Source: Candidatus Gastranaerophilales bacterium (GTDB lineage Bacteria; Cyanobacteriota; Vampirovibrionia; Gastranaerophilales; Gastranaerophilaceae). From it: 64,000 bases of DNA. The stretch covers positions 26,438 through 90,437 of the forward strand of contig CALVBU010000007.1 in NCBI GenBank assembly GCA_944325875.1. The letters run 5' to 3'. Every line of letters starts with the position of its first letter. Position 1 is the stretch's first letter. The position numbers and the translations under genes are program-made. Below the pieces are notes generated by a model that saw only the letters and a program-made list of their open reading frames with translations, was not told the DNA's origin and searched no databases. Positions 18,507 through 28,158 of the stretch are shown piece after piece.

Positions 18507-20033
18507 CTATTTACCGCAACAAGCACAGTTTCCGCTGCATTTATGTTCTGTATTTACCTGAGGTTTTTCTTTTGAACAGAAATGATCTCTGTCGATATAA
18601 TATTCGCCTTCAAGAGGGAATATTGTCATCCAAAGATTTTCTCTCCAATCTTTATCCAAGATTTCTTTTACTTCCTGAGAATATTTGTCAATTTTTGATG
18701 TAATTTCAGGATTTGTTAAATATGCTGCTGCATTTTCATGAGTCTCATATGGTTTGAATTCCTGATAGTATTTTCTTAAAACTTCAGGTCTATCAACAAT
18801 CATACAAGGTCTTAACATATTACCATCTTCATATGGAATACCATCTCTGATTGCTCTCATAAATGGAGCTGCAAGAGCTTCTGTTAAAGTACAATCTTTA
18901 AGGTTATGTGTTGCAAGGTGTACGAATGTACAAGGCTCTACATCACCTCTTGGATTTACGTGAATATATTGTCTGCCGCCTGCAATACAACCCATCATTT
19001 CAGGACCATCACCCCAGAAATCAACAGTCATCATTGGCAAAGTGTTTCTTGCATTATAAACTGCTTTTAATATTTGTTGTCTTTGTTGAGCATTAGGTAC
19101 CATACTTACATCAGGGCTATCACCAACCGGTACGTAATGGAAGAACCAAGCCCATAAAACACCTTTATCTGATAACATTTTCATAAATTCATCAGATGTA
19201 ACTTCATCACAATTCTGGCTTGTTGCTGTAATACTTGCACCAAAGAAAACGCCAGCTTTTTTTAGCATATCCATTTTCTCCATTACCATATCGAAACAAC
19301 CTTCACCACGAATTGCATCGGTATTTTCTTTCAAACCGCCAATAGAAAACATTGGTTGTACATTACCTAACTTTTTAAGTTTTTCAACAGTTTTTTCTGT
19401 AATCAAAGAACCGTTTGTAAAAGTAATAAATGTACAGTCGTTAAATTCCTCTGCTAATTCTAAAAATTCTTTTCTTGCAAAAGGTTCCCCACCTACTACT
19501 GGGAAAATATGGATACCCATAACGTCACGAGCTTCTGTGAAAATTTCTCTCCATTTTTCTTTAGTTAAATCTTCTTTAACATCATACTCATGTGCCCAGC
19601 AGCCTTTACAATTGAAGTTACAACGCTTTGTAATACTTGCTAACAAAACTGTTGGAGGGAAGAAACCGTTTTTTTCATTAAATTCTGAACGTTTTCTTAA
19701 ATTATCTCCATAATATCCGTTTACAAAGAAGTTTTTAATCCATTTGTTTCTGCAATTTGGATCCAATTCAGTTAAAATCTTTTTCCACCAAAGAAGATGC
19801 GGATGTTCTGATTTAAATAACCATTGCATTCTTCTTGCGTGGTTTATTCCGCCTTTAGATCCTGATATTTTTTCAAAAATTTTAGCTAAATTTATCAATT
19901 TTTCTTTACTAAAATTATGACCTAAATAACTTAGTAACATATCAATGGCAAAATCATTCATTTTTAGTTTTAGTTTATCAAACTTTCCCATTGAATTTGA
20001 TTGCCATACTGTTGATTGCTTTTCTACTCTCAT
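18507..20033 (-). CDS. radical SAM protein, 508 aa, with N-terminal extension and Cys-rich C-terminal tail
   Basis: CNFNCKGCW (CX3CX2C) and GGEPF motifs. Additional Cys residues and terminal HKCSGNCACCGK. An alternative start at the internal Met (MGKFDK) is possible. Confidence 0.8.
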   Translation of the reverse strand: MRVEKQSTVWQSNSMGKFDKLKLKMNDFAIDMLLSYLGHNFSKEKLINLAKIFEKISGSKGGINHARRMQWLFKSEHPHLLWWKKILTELDPNCRNKWIKNFFVNGYYGDNLRKRSEFNEKNGFFPPTVLLASITKRCNFNCKGCWAHEYDVKEDLTKEKWREIFTEARDVMGIHIFPVVGGEPFARKEFLELAEEFNDCTFITFTNGSLITEKTVEKLKKLGNVQPMFSIGGLKENTDAIRGEGCFDMVMEKMDMLKKAGVFFGASITATSQNCDEVTSDEFMKMLSDKGVLWAWFFHYVPVGDSPDVSMVPNAQQRQQILKAVYNARNTLPMMTVDFWGDGPEMMGCIAGGRQYIHVNPRGDVEPCTFVHLATHNLKDCTLTEALAAPFMRAIRDGIPYEDGNMLRPCMIVDRPEVLRKYYQEFKPYETHENAAAYLTNPEITSKIDKYSQEVKEILDKDWRENLWMTIFPLEGEYYIDRDHFCSKEKPQVNTEHKCSGNCACCGK

Positions 20034-20140
20034 TTAAAATACTCCTTATTATAATTACCTCAATTATAGCTCAAACATAAATTTAATATCCAAATTATAG
20101 ACAGGTTGCTAACTTATGTTAACTATGCAATAATCTGTTT

Positions 20141-20998
20141 ATGAAAAATGTACTTGTTATCAATAATCCGAATGCCGGCAGAAAAAAAGCTGCAATATAT
20201 AAAAAGCTGGTTATACAATTTTTATTAAGAAAAAATTGTCATTTTAAAACTATTGAAATCAGCAAATTAACAAGTACAGACTTTGAGGATTTTGATACTA
20301 TTATCACTATTGGCGGAGATGGTACAGTTAACAAAGTAATTCCTCATATAATAAACACAGACAAAGTTTTAGGGATTATTCCTTGTGGAACTGCAAATTT
20401 ACTTGCTGCAAAATTAAATATTCCGTTCAACCCTAAAAAAGCTCTTGAGATTATTAATTGTTCTGATATTAAAGATATTGATGTCTTGAAAGTGCAAGAA
20501 CAATATTCAATTTTAAGAACAGGGTTTGGGTATGATTCGGATATTATATGCAAAACCCCTCAATCTTTAAAAAATAAATTCGGATATTTTGCATACTTTT
20601 TAGCAGGAATTTTATTTGCTCTAAGACTAAAACAAAAAAGTTATACTTTATTTTTCAATGATAAAAAATTATCAATCCTCGCGACTTGCATAATAATTGC
20701 AAACGCAGGCAATATGTACAGAAACTTAGTATCAATATCGAATAATTGCAATTTACAAGATGGAAAATTTGATGTTTTTATCCTAAAAGTCAAAAACCCT
20801 ATCACATTTTTCTTGGAATTTTTAGGAATAATATTCAACTATAAAAATTCCAACTCTAAAGCTATGTACTTTCAAGCAGAAGAACTACTGATTAAAAATG
20901 ATTTTTCTACAGGTCATATAGATGGAGAAAAACAAAAATTTAGGGATGATATAAAAATTAATATCATCCCTAAATCTGTTAAAATTTTTAGTAATTAA
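20141..20998 (+). CDS. YegS/BmrU/DAGK-catalytic-domain lipid kinase
   Basis: VINNPNAGRKK ... ITIGGDGTVNKV ... GIIPCGTANL motifs of soluble diacylglycerol/lipid kinases. Confidence 0.8.
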   Translation: MKNVLVINNPNAGRKKAAIYKKLVIQFLLRKNCHFKTIEISKLTSTDFEDFDTIITIGGDGTVNKVIPHIINTDKVLGIIPCGTANLLAAKLNIPFNPKKALEIINCSDIKDIDVLKVQEQYSILRTGFGYDSDIICKTPQSLKNKFGYFAYFLAGILFALRLKQKSYTLFFNDKKLSILATCIIIANAGNMYRNLVSISNNCNLQDGKFDVFILKVKNPITFFLEFLGIIFNYKNSNSKAMYFQAEELLIKNDFSTGHIDGEKQKFRDDIKINIIPKSVKIFSN

Positions 20999-21002
20999 AG
21001 TT

Positions 21003-23528
21003 TTACCATTTATTAATTGCAAATGCCATTACAATTATTGAAGCAATACCTTTTAAGGTATCACATATAGGAGTTATCCAATCGTTGCCTGCAATTCTTC
21101 TTGGAACAACAATTGTATCTCCAGGTTCAATATCACTATGACTTGATATCTTTTCAGCACGACCGTTTACTGATACCTTATACAATCTGAATTTGTTTGC
21201 ATTTGGTGTATATCCGCCAACTTCTTTGATATAATATTTAGCACTTGAGCCTTTTTTATAAACAAATGATTGTTCATTATAGACTTCACCAATTACACTT
21301 ACGTGATTTGAAGTTCTTGGAATATAGATATCATCGCCATCTTGGACTTCAATATTATCTAAATCTTTGATTTTATCTAAATCATTGCTCTTAATATTTA
21401 ATGCGATTTGACCGTTATATTTATTTGCAACAGTTAAATCATCAGCTTTCAACATTTCAAGCATTTGAGTTTTAGCTTCTTGATCTCCTTCTGATGGCTT
21501 ATAAGCACTTGCCATTCTACCTTCAATTAATTTGATATCTCTTTCATTATTTTTGTGAGCTAACTCAACTTGCTTACCTTGAAGATTTGTTCTTTTAAAT
21601 ATTACACCTCTTAAGTCAGCTTCAGTAGTTAAGCCACCCGCCATCTCTATCATATCTTTAAGTCTTTTACCCTCAACGAATGTATATATACCAGGTTTTT
21701 TTACAAATCCTGAAACTTTTACAGTTTTCATAACTTCATTGCCACGTAAAGTTCTGAAAAATATTTTATCTTCAGGCATAATTGGTATAGATTTAATTCT
21801 ATCTGAATTAATCATAATATCGTAAAGATAATAAACTTGAGTTGCGCCATAAGTACTTGTAATTTCAACAGCTACATTTTCCGCAGAAATTAATTTATTT
21901 GAATTTGCAGTACCAGCAGTTAACTGAACTTCATTTTCATTCTTTTCTACAGAACCTTTAAATGCAACTTCCGGTTCTTTATTATCTTCCTCAGATATTT
22001 TTGTAGTATCAACATCAGACTCTAAGAACTGAATATCTGTCATTACATCATTCAATGTCATATTTGATGTATAAGTAAGGTGTTTAGGAATATTTATACA
22101 ACCATAGACATCAACAAACATTGAATTTGTATTTTTATAAACATTGATAATATCTTTTGGTTTCAATACAGGGTCATTCATACCTGCAAAGAATTCTTTT
22201 AAGAATACCGGAATAGTTTCTATTGAATTATCTTTTCCTGAAATTCTTCTGATAACCGCTTGATTAATGAATGTTTCTTCTAACAATTCATCTTCACTTT
22301 TCAAGATATCAGACAATCTCATACCTTCTTTATAAGCATAAGTTGTAGGATGTTTTACATTACCTTGAATAGTTACAATATTTTCAGCAGTGTTATATAA
22401 TTCTCTGAATTCAACTGCATCACCGCTTTTTAATTTTGTATTTTTCGCATCATTCCAAGCAACGTTTGCGGCTGTACGTTGTTTAGAAGCAGAGTCAAAA
22501 CCTGTAAAAGTAACTTCTGTTACTTGAGTTGCAGGAAGCAAGCCCCCAGCAAAAGTTATAATTTTCTGTAGATTTTCTCCGTTTTTAATTTCATAAATAC
22601 CAGGAACTGTTACCCCGTTTTTTAAAGCGACTACATCGCCAATCTTATCTACAAAGATTTTATCATTAGGTCTTAAAATTATTCCATCGTCATTTCCTGA
22701 AAATAAAGCTTTATAAATATCTACATTTTTTGATTGGTTATTTGAGGTATATTTGATATTTCTTAATGTACCTGTTTTCTTTACACCACCTGCAGCATTC
22801 AAAGCATCAAGAATTGATGAATTGTTACCTACTAAGATTTTACCTGGTCTATTTACTTGACCATATACGAAAACTGAAAACTCTTGTCCTGAAGCAACAG
22901 TCAATCTTACTTTCATACTCTTATATTTTTGAGCTGCAAGACGGTTTACATCAGCTTCCACGGCACTTATTGAACGGTTTTCAGCTTTTACCATACCAAT
23001 TCCAGGTACGAAAATATTACCTTTTGAATCAACTTCTGTTGAAGATGAAGGACTTACCAAGCTGGCACCTGATAGAGCCATTACATCAACAGAATCGCCA
23101 TAAGTATAAATATTAATCTTCTCACCAATATTTAACTTATAATTATTTTCAAACTTACCTACTGTATTGCTACCTGCGGCAGGAGCAGAAGTAAATAAAT
23201 CATACCCTACCTGTTGTAACGGCGTTCCTTTAATTTCGCTTTCTTTACCATTAAACAGCTTTTCTATCGGACTCAATTCAAATGCTTGGGAATTAGTTTG
23301 TATTGAGCTTTGATAATTGTTGCTAAATGCATTCAAATTCAATTCAACTTCTTCATTTTGAACTTGTTTCACCTTTGCAGATGCATTCTGAGAAGGTGTC
23401 CCATTGTACTGCATATTATTTGGGTAAAGTTGATTTTGAGGAGTTGGCTGCATATTATTACCTGCCGCCAATGCCATCCCCTCAGTACAAAAAGCAACTA
23501 ACAATGCCATTGTTATTATTCTTTTCAT
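21003..23528 (-). CDS. Wza-like polysaccharide export protein with multiple SLBB domains
   Basis: Signal peptide, Q/N-rich N-terminal stretch, Poly_export-like segment (YKLNIGEKINIYTYGD), repeated SLBB-like units (V.V.G.V..PG.Y) and a C-terminal hydrophobic helix. Confidence 0.75.
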   Translation of the reverse strand: MKRIITMALLVAFCTEGMALAAGNNMQPTPQNQLYPNNMQYNGTPSQNASAKVKQVQNEEVELNLNAFSNNYQSSIQTNSQAFELSPIEKLFNGKESEIKGTPLQQVGYDLFTSAPAAGSNTVGKFENNYKLNIGEKINIYTYGDSVDVMALSGASLVSPSSSTEVDSKGNIFVPGIGMVKAENRSISAVEADVNRLAAQKYKSMKVRLTVASGQEFSVFVYGQVNRPGKILVGNNSSILDALNAAGGVKKTGTLRNIKYTSNNQSKNVDIYKALFSGNDDGIILRPNDKIFVDKIGDVVALKNGVTVPGIYEIKNGENLQKIITFAGGLLPATQVTEVTFTGFDSASKQRTAANVAWNDAKNTKLKSGDAVEFRELYNTAENIVTIQGNVKHPTTYAYKEGMRLSDILKSEDELLEETFINQAVIRRISGKDNSIETIPVFLKEFFAGMNDPVLKPKDIINVYKNTNSMFVDVYGCINIPKHLTYTSNMTLNDVMTDIQFLESDVDTTKISEEDNKEPEVAFKGSVEKNENEVQLTAGTANSNKLISAENVAVEITSTYGATQVYYLYDIMINSDRIKSIPIMPEDKIFFRTLRGNEVMKTVKVSGFVKKPGIYTFVEGKRLKDMIEMAGGLTTEADLRGVIFKRTNLQGKQVELAHKNNERDIKLIEGRMASAYKPSEGDQEAKTQMLEMLKADDLTVANKYNGQIALNIKSNDLDKIKDLDNIEVQDGDDIYIPRTSNHVSVIGEVYNEQSFVYKKGSSAKYYIKEVGGYTPNANKFRLYKVSVNGRAEKISSHSDIEPGDTIVVPRRIAGNDWITPICDTLKGIASIIVMAFAINKW

Positions 23529-23574
23529 AATATCCCTTTTATCTTTTTTACCTACATCTGATAATTTCTATTTT

Positions 23575-24633
23575 TTATGTAATAGCAATTTCCATCAAAG
23601 ACTTAATTGCCGGCCATTCAAGCTTCCATAATCCTGATGCATCAAGAGCATAATTACCTACGCAAGCAAGTTTGCAGTCTTTACACTTATTGACAGTTTC
23701 AATAAATACAGGATCTTTTATTACATCTTTTAAAGATCTATTTCTAACACTTATAAACGGTTTTCTATCATAACAACGCAACATATCACCATTTGAATAT
23801 ATTACAGTTGCAATTCTTGGCCAATGGCATTCATAATAAGTCTTTTTATTAATTATGTAATCCATAAAGTAATAAGAATTTCTAATTGGATAACCGTTTT
23901 TCTTCAATTCTTTAATTTTAATAAACATATCAGCCAATTGTTCATTTTCAAGCTCAGTTTCAACTACGTTTTGAGCTTCGTCAGGTCTTGAAGCTGCTTT
24001 ATTAACAGTAAAGTACAATAGAATATCAGCATCTTTACAGTATTGAGCAACTTCTTTTATTTGTTCAAAATTAGTTTGAGTTGATACTGTACAACATACA
24101 TAAATTCTCATTTTAGGAGAATGAATTTTATGATATTCAATACCGCTCATAACTTTGTCACAAATTCCTGGCAAATGACGTATATCATCATGAGCCTTAC
24201 CAATAGCATCTAATGAAACAAACATTAAGTCTGTATATTTTGCAAAATCAGGATTTGATTCTAAATACCATCCGTTAGTTGCTATTTTTGTATATAAACC
24301 TGCATCGTGAGAAGCTTTACAAATTTCCGCAAAATCTTGACGGATTAAAGGTTCTCCTCCCCACAAAATACTATCCATATATCCTATTTGTCCAGCCTCT
24401 GTCAACAATCTTACGATTTCATCAGTAGGCATATCATCATTACCTTTTTTAGATTTCCAAAAACAAAAGTCACAATCGCAATTACACTTACTTGTGACCA
24501 TTAATGAAAAACATAAAGGTTTTGGAGTTTTAGACAATCTGCTTGCGATACATTCTAAGGCTCCTCCCGCTAAATGTCTGTAATATTTTAATCTTTCAAA
24601 AGACATTTCATTTCTTGACTTTGTAACCATCAC
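23575..24633 (-). CDS. radical SAM protein with SPASM-like C-terminal Cys motif
   Basis: CNCDCDFCFW (CX3CX2C), GGEPL, and C-terminal CKDCKLACVGNY. Confidence 0.8.
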   Translation of the reverse strand: MMVTKSRNEMSFERLKYYRHLAGGALECIASRLSKTPKPLCFSLMVTSKCNCDCDFCFWKSKKGNDDMPTDEIVRLLTEAGQIGYMDSILWGGEPLIRQDFAEICKASHDAGLYTKIATNGWYLESNPDFAKYTDLMFVSLDAIGKAHDDIRHLPGICDKVMSGIEYHKIHSPKMRIYVCCTVSTQTNFEQIKEVAQYCKDADILLYFTVNKAASRPDEAQNVVETELENEQLADMFIKIKELKKNGYPIRNSYYFMDYIINKKTYYECHWPRIATVIYSNGDMLRCYDRKPFISVRNRSLKDVIKDPVFIETVNKCKDCKLACVGNYALDASGLWKLEWPAIKSLMEIAIT

Positions 24634-24699
24634 TTACCGCCTCTCACCTCTAATTACATTAATTATAAACAAGGATAACACAAACAAATAATAAGAAGC

Positions 24700-24729
24700 A
24701 GATTTATTAACCATTCAGTTAATAAATCT
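24700..24729 (-). terminator. intrinsic terminator-like hairpin after the DUF2229-PHP-DUF2229 operon
   Basis: Perfect 12-bp stem AGATTTATTAAC / GTTAATAAATCT with a 6-nt loop, starting 3 nt after the stop of 24733..25893. The trailing sequence on the minus strand is T-rich. Confidence 0.6.
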
Positions 24730-24732
24730 ACA

Positions 24733-25893
24733 TTATTTGCTATTTTTTCTTAGTTGTTTTCTTTTGACTAAATCAATAAAAGCCTCTATTCTTGTGAGAT
24801 ATCCCGCCTTTCCGGTTTGTTCATCCAAAACCAAAGACATTACAGGTATATCTTCTTCTTGACTAACCTTAGGTAAAATATTTTGGGCAACGATTTCCGG
24901 CATACAAGAAAAAGGTGATATATGAATAATTCCATCTACACCATGTTTTGCCGCATATACAGTATCCCCAATAGTTTCAATACATTCACCACCGATTGCT
25001 CGTTTCATATATTTTTTTGCATACCGCACTGAACGTTCTCTATGAGATTCTTTATGATAAAAAATTGAAGGTTTCAAAACGTGCTCTAACCAATCTCCAA
25101 ACATTATTTGGCGTTGAACTTCTACACCCATCTCACCTAATTCTTTTTCTATATTTTGGTTTGTATAAGGGTCAAGCAATACGAAAAATTCCCCTATCAA
25201 ATATACAATAGGAACCTTTTTATCTTTATCAATAGGAATTTTTTTGAAATCTTCTATTATTTGTTTTTTTAACTTTTTAGCACCTATTACAGAATTTGTT
25301 TCATCAGTAATTTTCAACCATTTTTCATAGCACTTTTCAGCATCACCTTTATTCAACTCTCTCGGACGAGTGTAGAATAAGAGCCTTTCTGCTGTATCAA
25401 TAGCAAAAAATTTATTAAAACCCAAACTAAAACCTTTATAATATCTCCAAGGATTTATACAATGAGTAACATGCCAAAAAGCGTGAAGAGTTTGTTTCAT
25501 CTTACTTTTATACATATCAAAAATGACCATATCAAACTTATAACCCATAGATTTAAGTGTTTTTTGCGCCATTTTTGTATAATTTCCAAGCCTGCAAGAT
25601 CCTGGAGCTTGAAACATCATCAGAGTATTAGCACCTTTTTCCAATGCCATTATATAATTTGCAAGATTCAATTTATAAGGTAAACAAATCCCTTCGATAC
25701 TATTTCTAACCCCGATTTCCAAAGCTTCATTACTATTTGGAGGAGGAATAACAACTTTTGCCCCTAATGAAACCAGCAAAGCTTTTAACGGAATATCAAT
25801 ACGTCCCATTCTCGGCCAAGCAATAATTCTATCTTTGGTCGGAATTGTATTTTCCATCTTTGTTTTTTCTAATTTTTCCGCTGTATTCATCAA
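24733..25893 (-). CDS. acyl-CoA dehydratase activase-related protein (DUF2229/HGD-D-like Fe-S family), type A
   Basis: Motifs IAWPRMGRIDIPLKALL..LGAKVV, EGICLPYK, APGSCRLGNY, ISPFSCMPE and a C-terminal LTRIEAFIDL, as in standalone DUF2229-type proteins. Confidence 0.6.
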   Translation of the reverse strand: MMNTAEKLEKTKMENTIPTKDRIIAWPRMGRIDIPLKALLVSLGAKVVIPPPNSNEALEIGVRNSIEGICLPYKLNLANYIMALEKGANTLMMFQAPGSCRLGNYTKMAQKTLKSMGYKFDMVIFDMYKSKMKQTLHAFWHVTHCINPWRYYKGFSLGFNKFFAIDTAERLLFYTRPRELNKGDAEKCYEKWLKITDETNSVIGAKKLKKQIIEDFKKIPIDKDKKVPIVYLIGEFFVLLDPYTNQNIEKELGEMGVEVQRQIMFGDWLEHVLKPSIFYHKESHRERSVRYAKKYMKRAIGGECIETIGDTVYAAKHGVDGIIHISPFSCMPEIVAQNILPKVSQEEDIPVMSLVLDEQTGKAGYLTRIEAFIDLVKRKQLRKNSK

Positions 25894-25911
25894 GACTATC
25901 CTATCATAAAA

Positions 25912-26895
25912 TTAACTAAATAAAATTGGATTAGAAAAAATCCACGGTTCATTATTTAAATAAATTTCAATACGATATTTCCCTTTTCCTTTCATATCAA
26001 AATTTATATTATCGCCATAATCCTCGCATACAAGGTCACCATTATGTAAAATTTTAATCAAAGCTTTAGTCGAAATTTTAATTTGAATGCTATTTTCAAC
26101 AACTTTAATTATTGGAGTTTCTTTTCTTATATGCCTGTTTACAATTATATTATTTCCATTCCTTAATGCCTCTAAAATCAAAGCTTTTTGTTCATCAAAA
26201 GTCTTTGGCAGCTCTTGAGGAAGAGTAATAATATTTGTCAAAGTTTTAAAACATGTTTTATAAGGAAATACTTTTACAGGAATTACATATTTTGAAATTT
26301 TCAAAGCATGAGCATCTACACCAGCTATTGCAGGAATAATTTTTTCAGAAGCATTATTCAGCTTATCCCACCATTCCAAAGTTTCCTTATGAGGGCCTTT
26401 TATAAGTTTATGCCTAAAAATATAACCATACGCAATATTGAAAATATTAGTATCATTATAATTATCTGCCCAATCTGAAAACCAGTTCCAAATTTCTACC
26501 CCGTCAGGAATTATTGATTTATCGAGCCATTTTATAGGATTTGCACGATTTTTTCTAGCGGCACTTTCATCAGGATGAGCGGAGAAACCAAACCCTCCCT
26601 GACGTCTTACCTCATCTATATACACTTGAGGATTATCGTTAGGTTCAATCAATTCTTTAATTCCAAGTGCCAAATAATGATTGTAAGCTTTCGGTGAAAC
26701 TTCTTCCCCTCTAATCACGCATACACCATTATAAAACCCTTCTTGAATCTCAAAATTATTATGGTCAGTAATAATTATCCAATCAAGACCTGCATGCTTT
26801 GCAGCTTTAGAAATTGAATTTATATCCCCTGTTCCATCCGACAAATCGGAATGAATATGTATTGCACCTGAATAATTAAATGATAAATTTTCCAT
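25912..26895 (-). CDS. PHP-domain metal-dependent phosphoesterase
   Basis: AIHIHSDLSDGTG, IIITDHNN, SAHPDE and GVDAH match PHP (polymerase/histidinol phosphatase) metal-ligand motifs. Gaps to the flanking genes are 8 and 18 nt. Confidence 0.75.
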   Translation of the reverse strand: MENLSFNYSGAIHIHSDLSDGTGDINSISKAAKHAGLDWIIITDHNNFEIQEGFYNGVCVIRGEEVSPKAYNHYLALGIKELIEPNDNPQVYIDEVRRQGGFGFSAHPDESAARKNRANPIKWLDKSIIPDGVEIWNWFSDWADNYNDTNIFNIAYGYIFRHKLIKGPHKETLEWWDKLNNASEKIIPAIAGVDAHALKISKYVIPVKVFPYKTCFKTLTNIITLPQELPKTFDEQKALILEALRNGNNIIVNRHIRKETPIIKVVENSIQIKISTKALIKILHNGDLVCEDYGDNINFDMKGKGKYRIEIYLNNEPWIFSNPILFS

Positions 26896-26903
26896 TATAA
26901 AAA

Positions 26904-27995
26904 TTATTTTACAGAACCTGTAAGAATTCTTTCTTCTTTAATTTCAACAGTATTTTCAATATTTGCATCTTCTTCAGTTTTATCTGATTGTTTTGTTAAT
27001 ATTGATCTTTTCTTTCTTAAAAGCATATCAACAAAGGCTTCAAGACGAGTAATAAAACCAGCTTCGCCAGTATGTTCATCAATAGTTAAATGAATCAAAG
27101 GCATGCCAGCTTCTTTGCAGTGATATGAAATTTCTTCAACCATCAATGAATCAGGACCACAACCGAAAGCCGAAAGAGCAATTATGCCGTCAACTTTTTC
27201 ATTTGTGAGGTAATGTGCGGCTGTCCCTGTTAATTCTAATTCATTTGCCCAATATTGAATTTCTCCAATGCTATCTATTGCAGATATTGCATCTTGTCTT
27301 GAAACATTTAATGAAGTATAGACTTTCACATCCATTTTCTCAAGTTTTTTAATCAAGTTTAGAGAAATTCTATCATCAAACAAATTATAACCATGAGCCA
27401 TAATCGCAACAGATAAAGGTTTTACTATATCAATAGTTTTCTTAACAAGCTTTCCTTTTATTGCATTATCAAGAGCTTCTGAATAGCTTACGCCGGATTG
27501 AGTCATCTCTAAAAACATATTATAAACTCTCCAGCCGTCACTTATTGCTTGTTTTATTTTATCTTTGTCAAAAATTCCAACTGAATTAGCAGACTGAATA
27601 CAAAAATCTTTGAAACTAATATTTTCTGTCTTATCTAAAGTTGGCTCAACCATAATAAAAGGTTTGTTAATAACATTTCTAATAATCTCCGGCAAACCTC
27701 TGATTTTACTGCAATTGTTTATTTTATATCCTGTTGATTGGATAGAAGGAATAAAAATTGCCTCACAACCTTTATGCAAAAGATTCATAACATGACCTGT
27801 ATAAACCTTTATAGGCAAACATGTATCAGAAACTACGTATTTTGCACCTTCGTTAATAGTTTTCGTTGTAGTTTTATCAGATAGAACAACTTCCAATCCA
27901 AGAGATGAGAAAAAACCATAATAAAATGGGTAATTGTTATAATAAGAAATTGCTCTTGGAATACCGATTTTTTTAATTTCGCTTTTCATAATCAC
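26904..27995 (-). CDS. acyl-CoA dehydratase activase-related protein (DUF2229 family), type B
   Basis: KIGIPRAISYYNNYPFYYGFFSSLGLEVVLS, SDTCLPIKVYTGH, LSAFGCGPDS, ITRLEAFVDM. The start may be the GTG at 27995 or the ATG at 27989. Confidence 0.6.
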   Translation of the reverse strand: MIMKSEIKKIGIPRAISYYNNYPFYYGFFSSLGLEVVLSDKTTTKTINEGAKYVVSDTCLPIKVYTGHVMNLLHKGCEAIFIPSIQSTGYKINNCSKIRGLPEIIRNVINKPFIMVEPTLDKTENISFKDFCIQSANSVGIFDKDKIKQAISDGWRVYNMFLEMTQSGVSYSEALDNAIKGKLVKKTIDIVKPLSVAIMAHGYNLFDDRISLNLIKKLEKMDVKVYTSLNVSRQDAISAIDSIGEIQYWANELELTGTAAHYLTNEKVDGIIALSAFGCGPDSLMVEEISYHCKEAGMPLIHLTIDEHTGEAGFITRLEAFVDMLLRKKRSILTKQSDKTEEDANIENTVEIKEERILTGSVK

Positions 27996-28022
27996 TTTGC
28001 TATTTAAAATTACTATGCGATG

Positions 28023-28052
28023 ATTATACTACAACTATAATTGATAAAGCAA
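28023..28052 (-). promoter_or_regulatory. candidate promoter for the DUF2229-PHP-DUF2229 operon (TTGCTT-N18-TATAAT on the minus strand)
   Basis: Reverse complement reads TTGCTT (28052-28047), 18-nt spacer, TATAAT (28028-23). Confidence 0.35.
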
Positions 28053-28158
28053 ATTTTTACCAATTACGTTTAATTTTTATTACGCATTAATTTCAAATAC
28101 AATGTAAAACAGATATAGTTATTTACACTCTGGAGTTTTGATATCTTATAACATTAAC

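Noticed and set aside
28060-28095. Short direct repeat ATTACG...ATTACG upstream of the DUF2229 operon as a regulatory site.
   Set aside because: It is only a 6-mer repeated twice in A/T-rich DNA, which is well within chance expectation.
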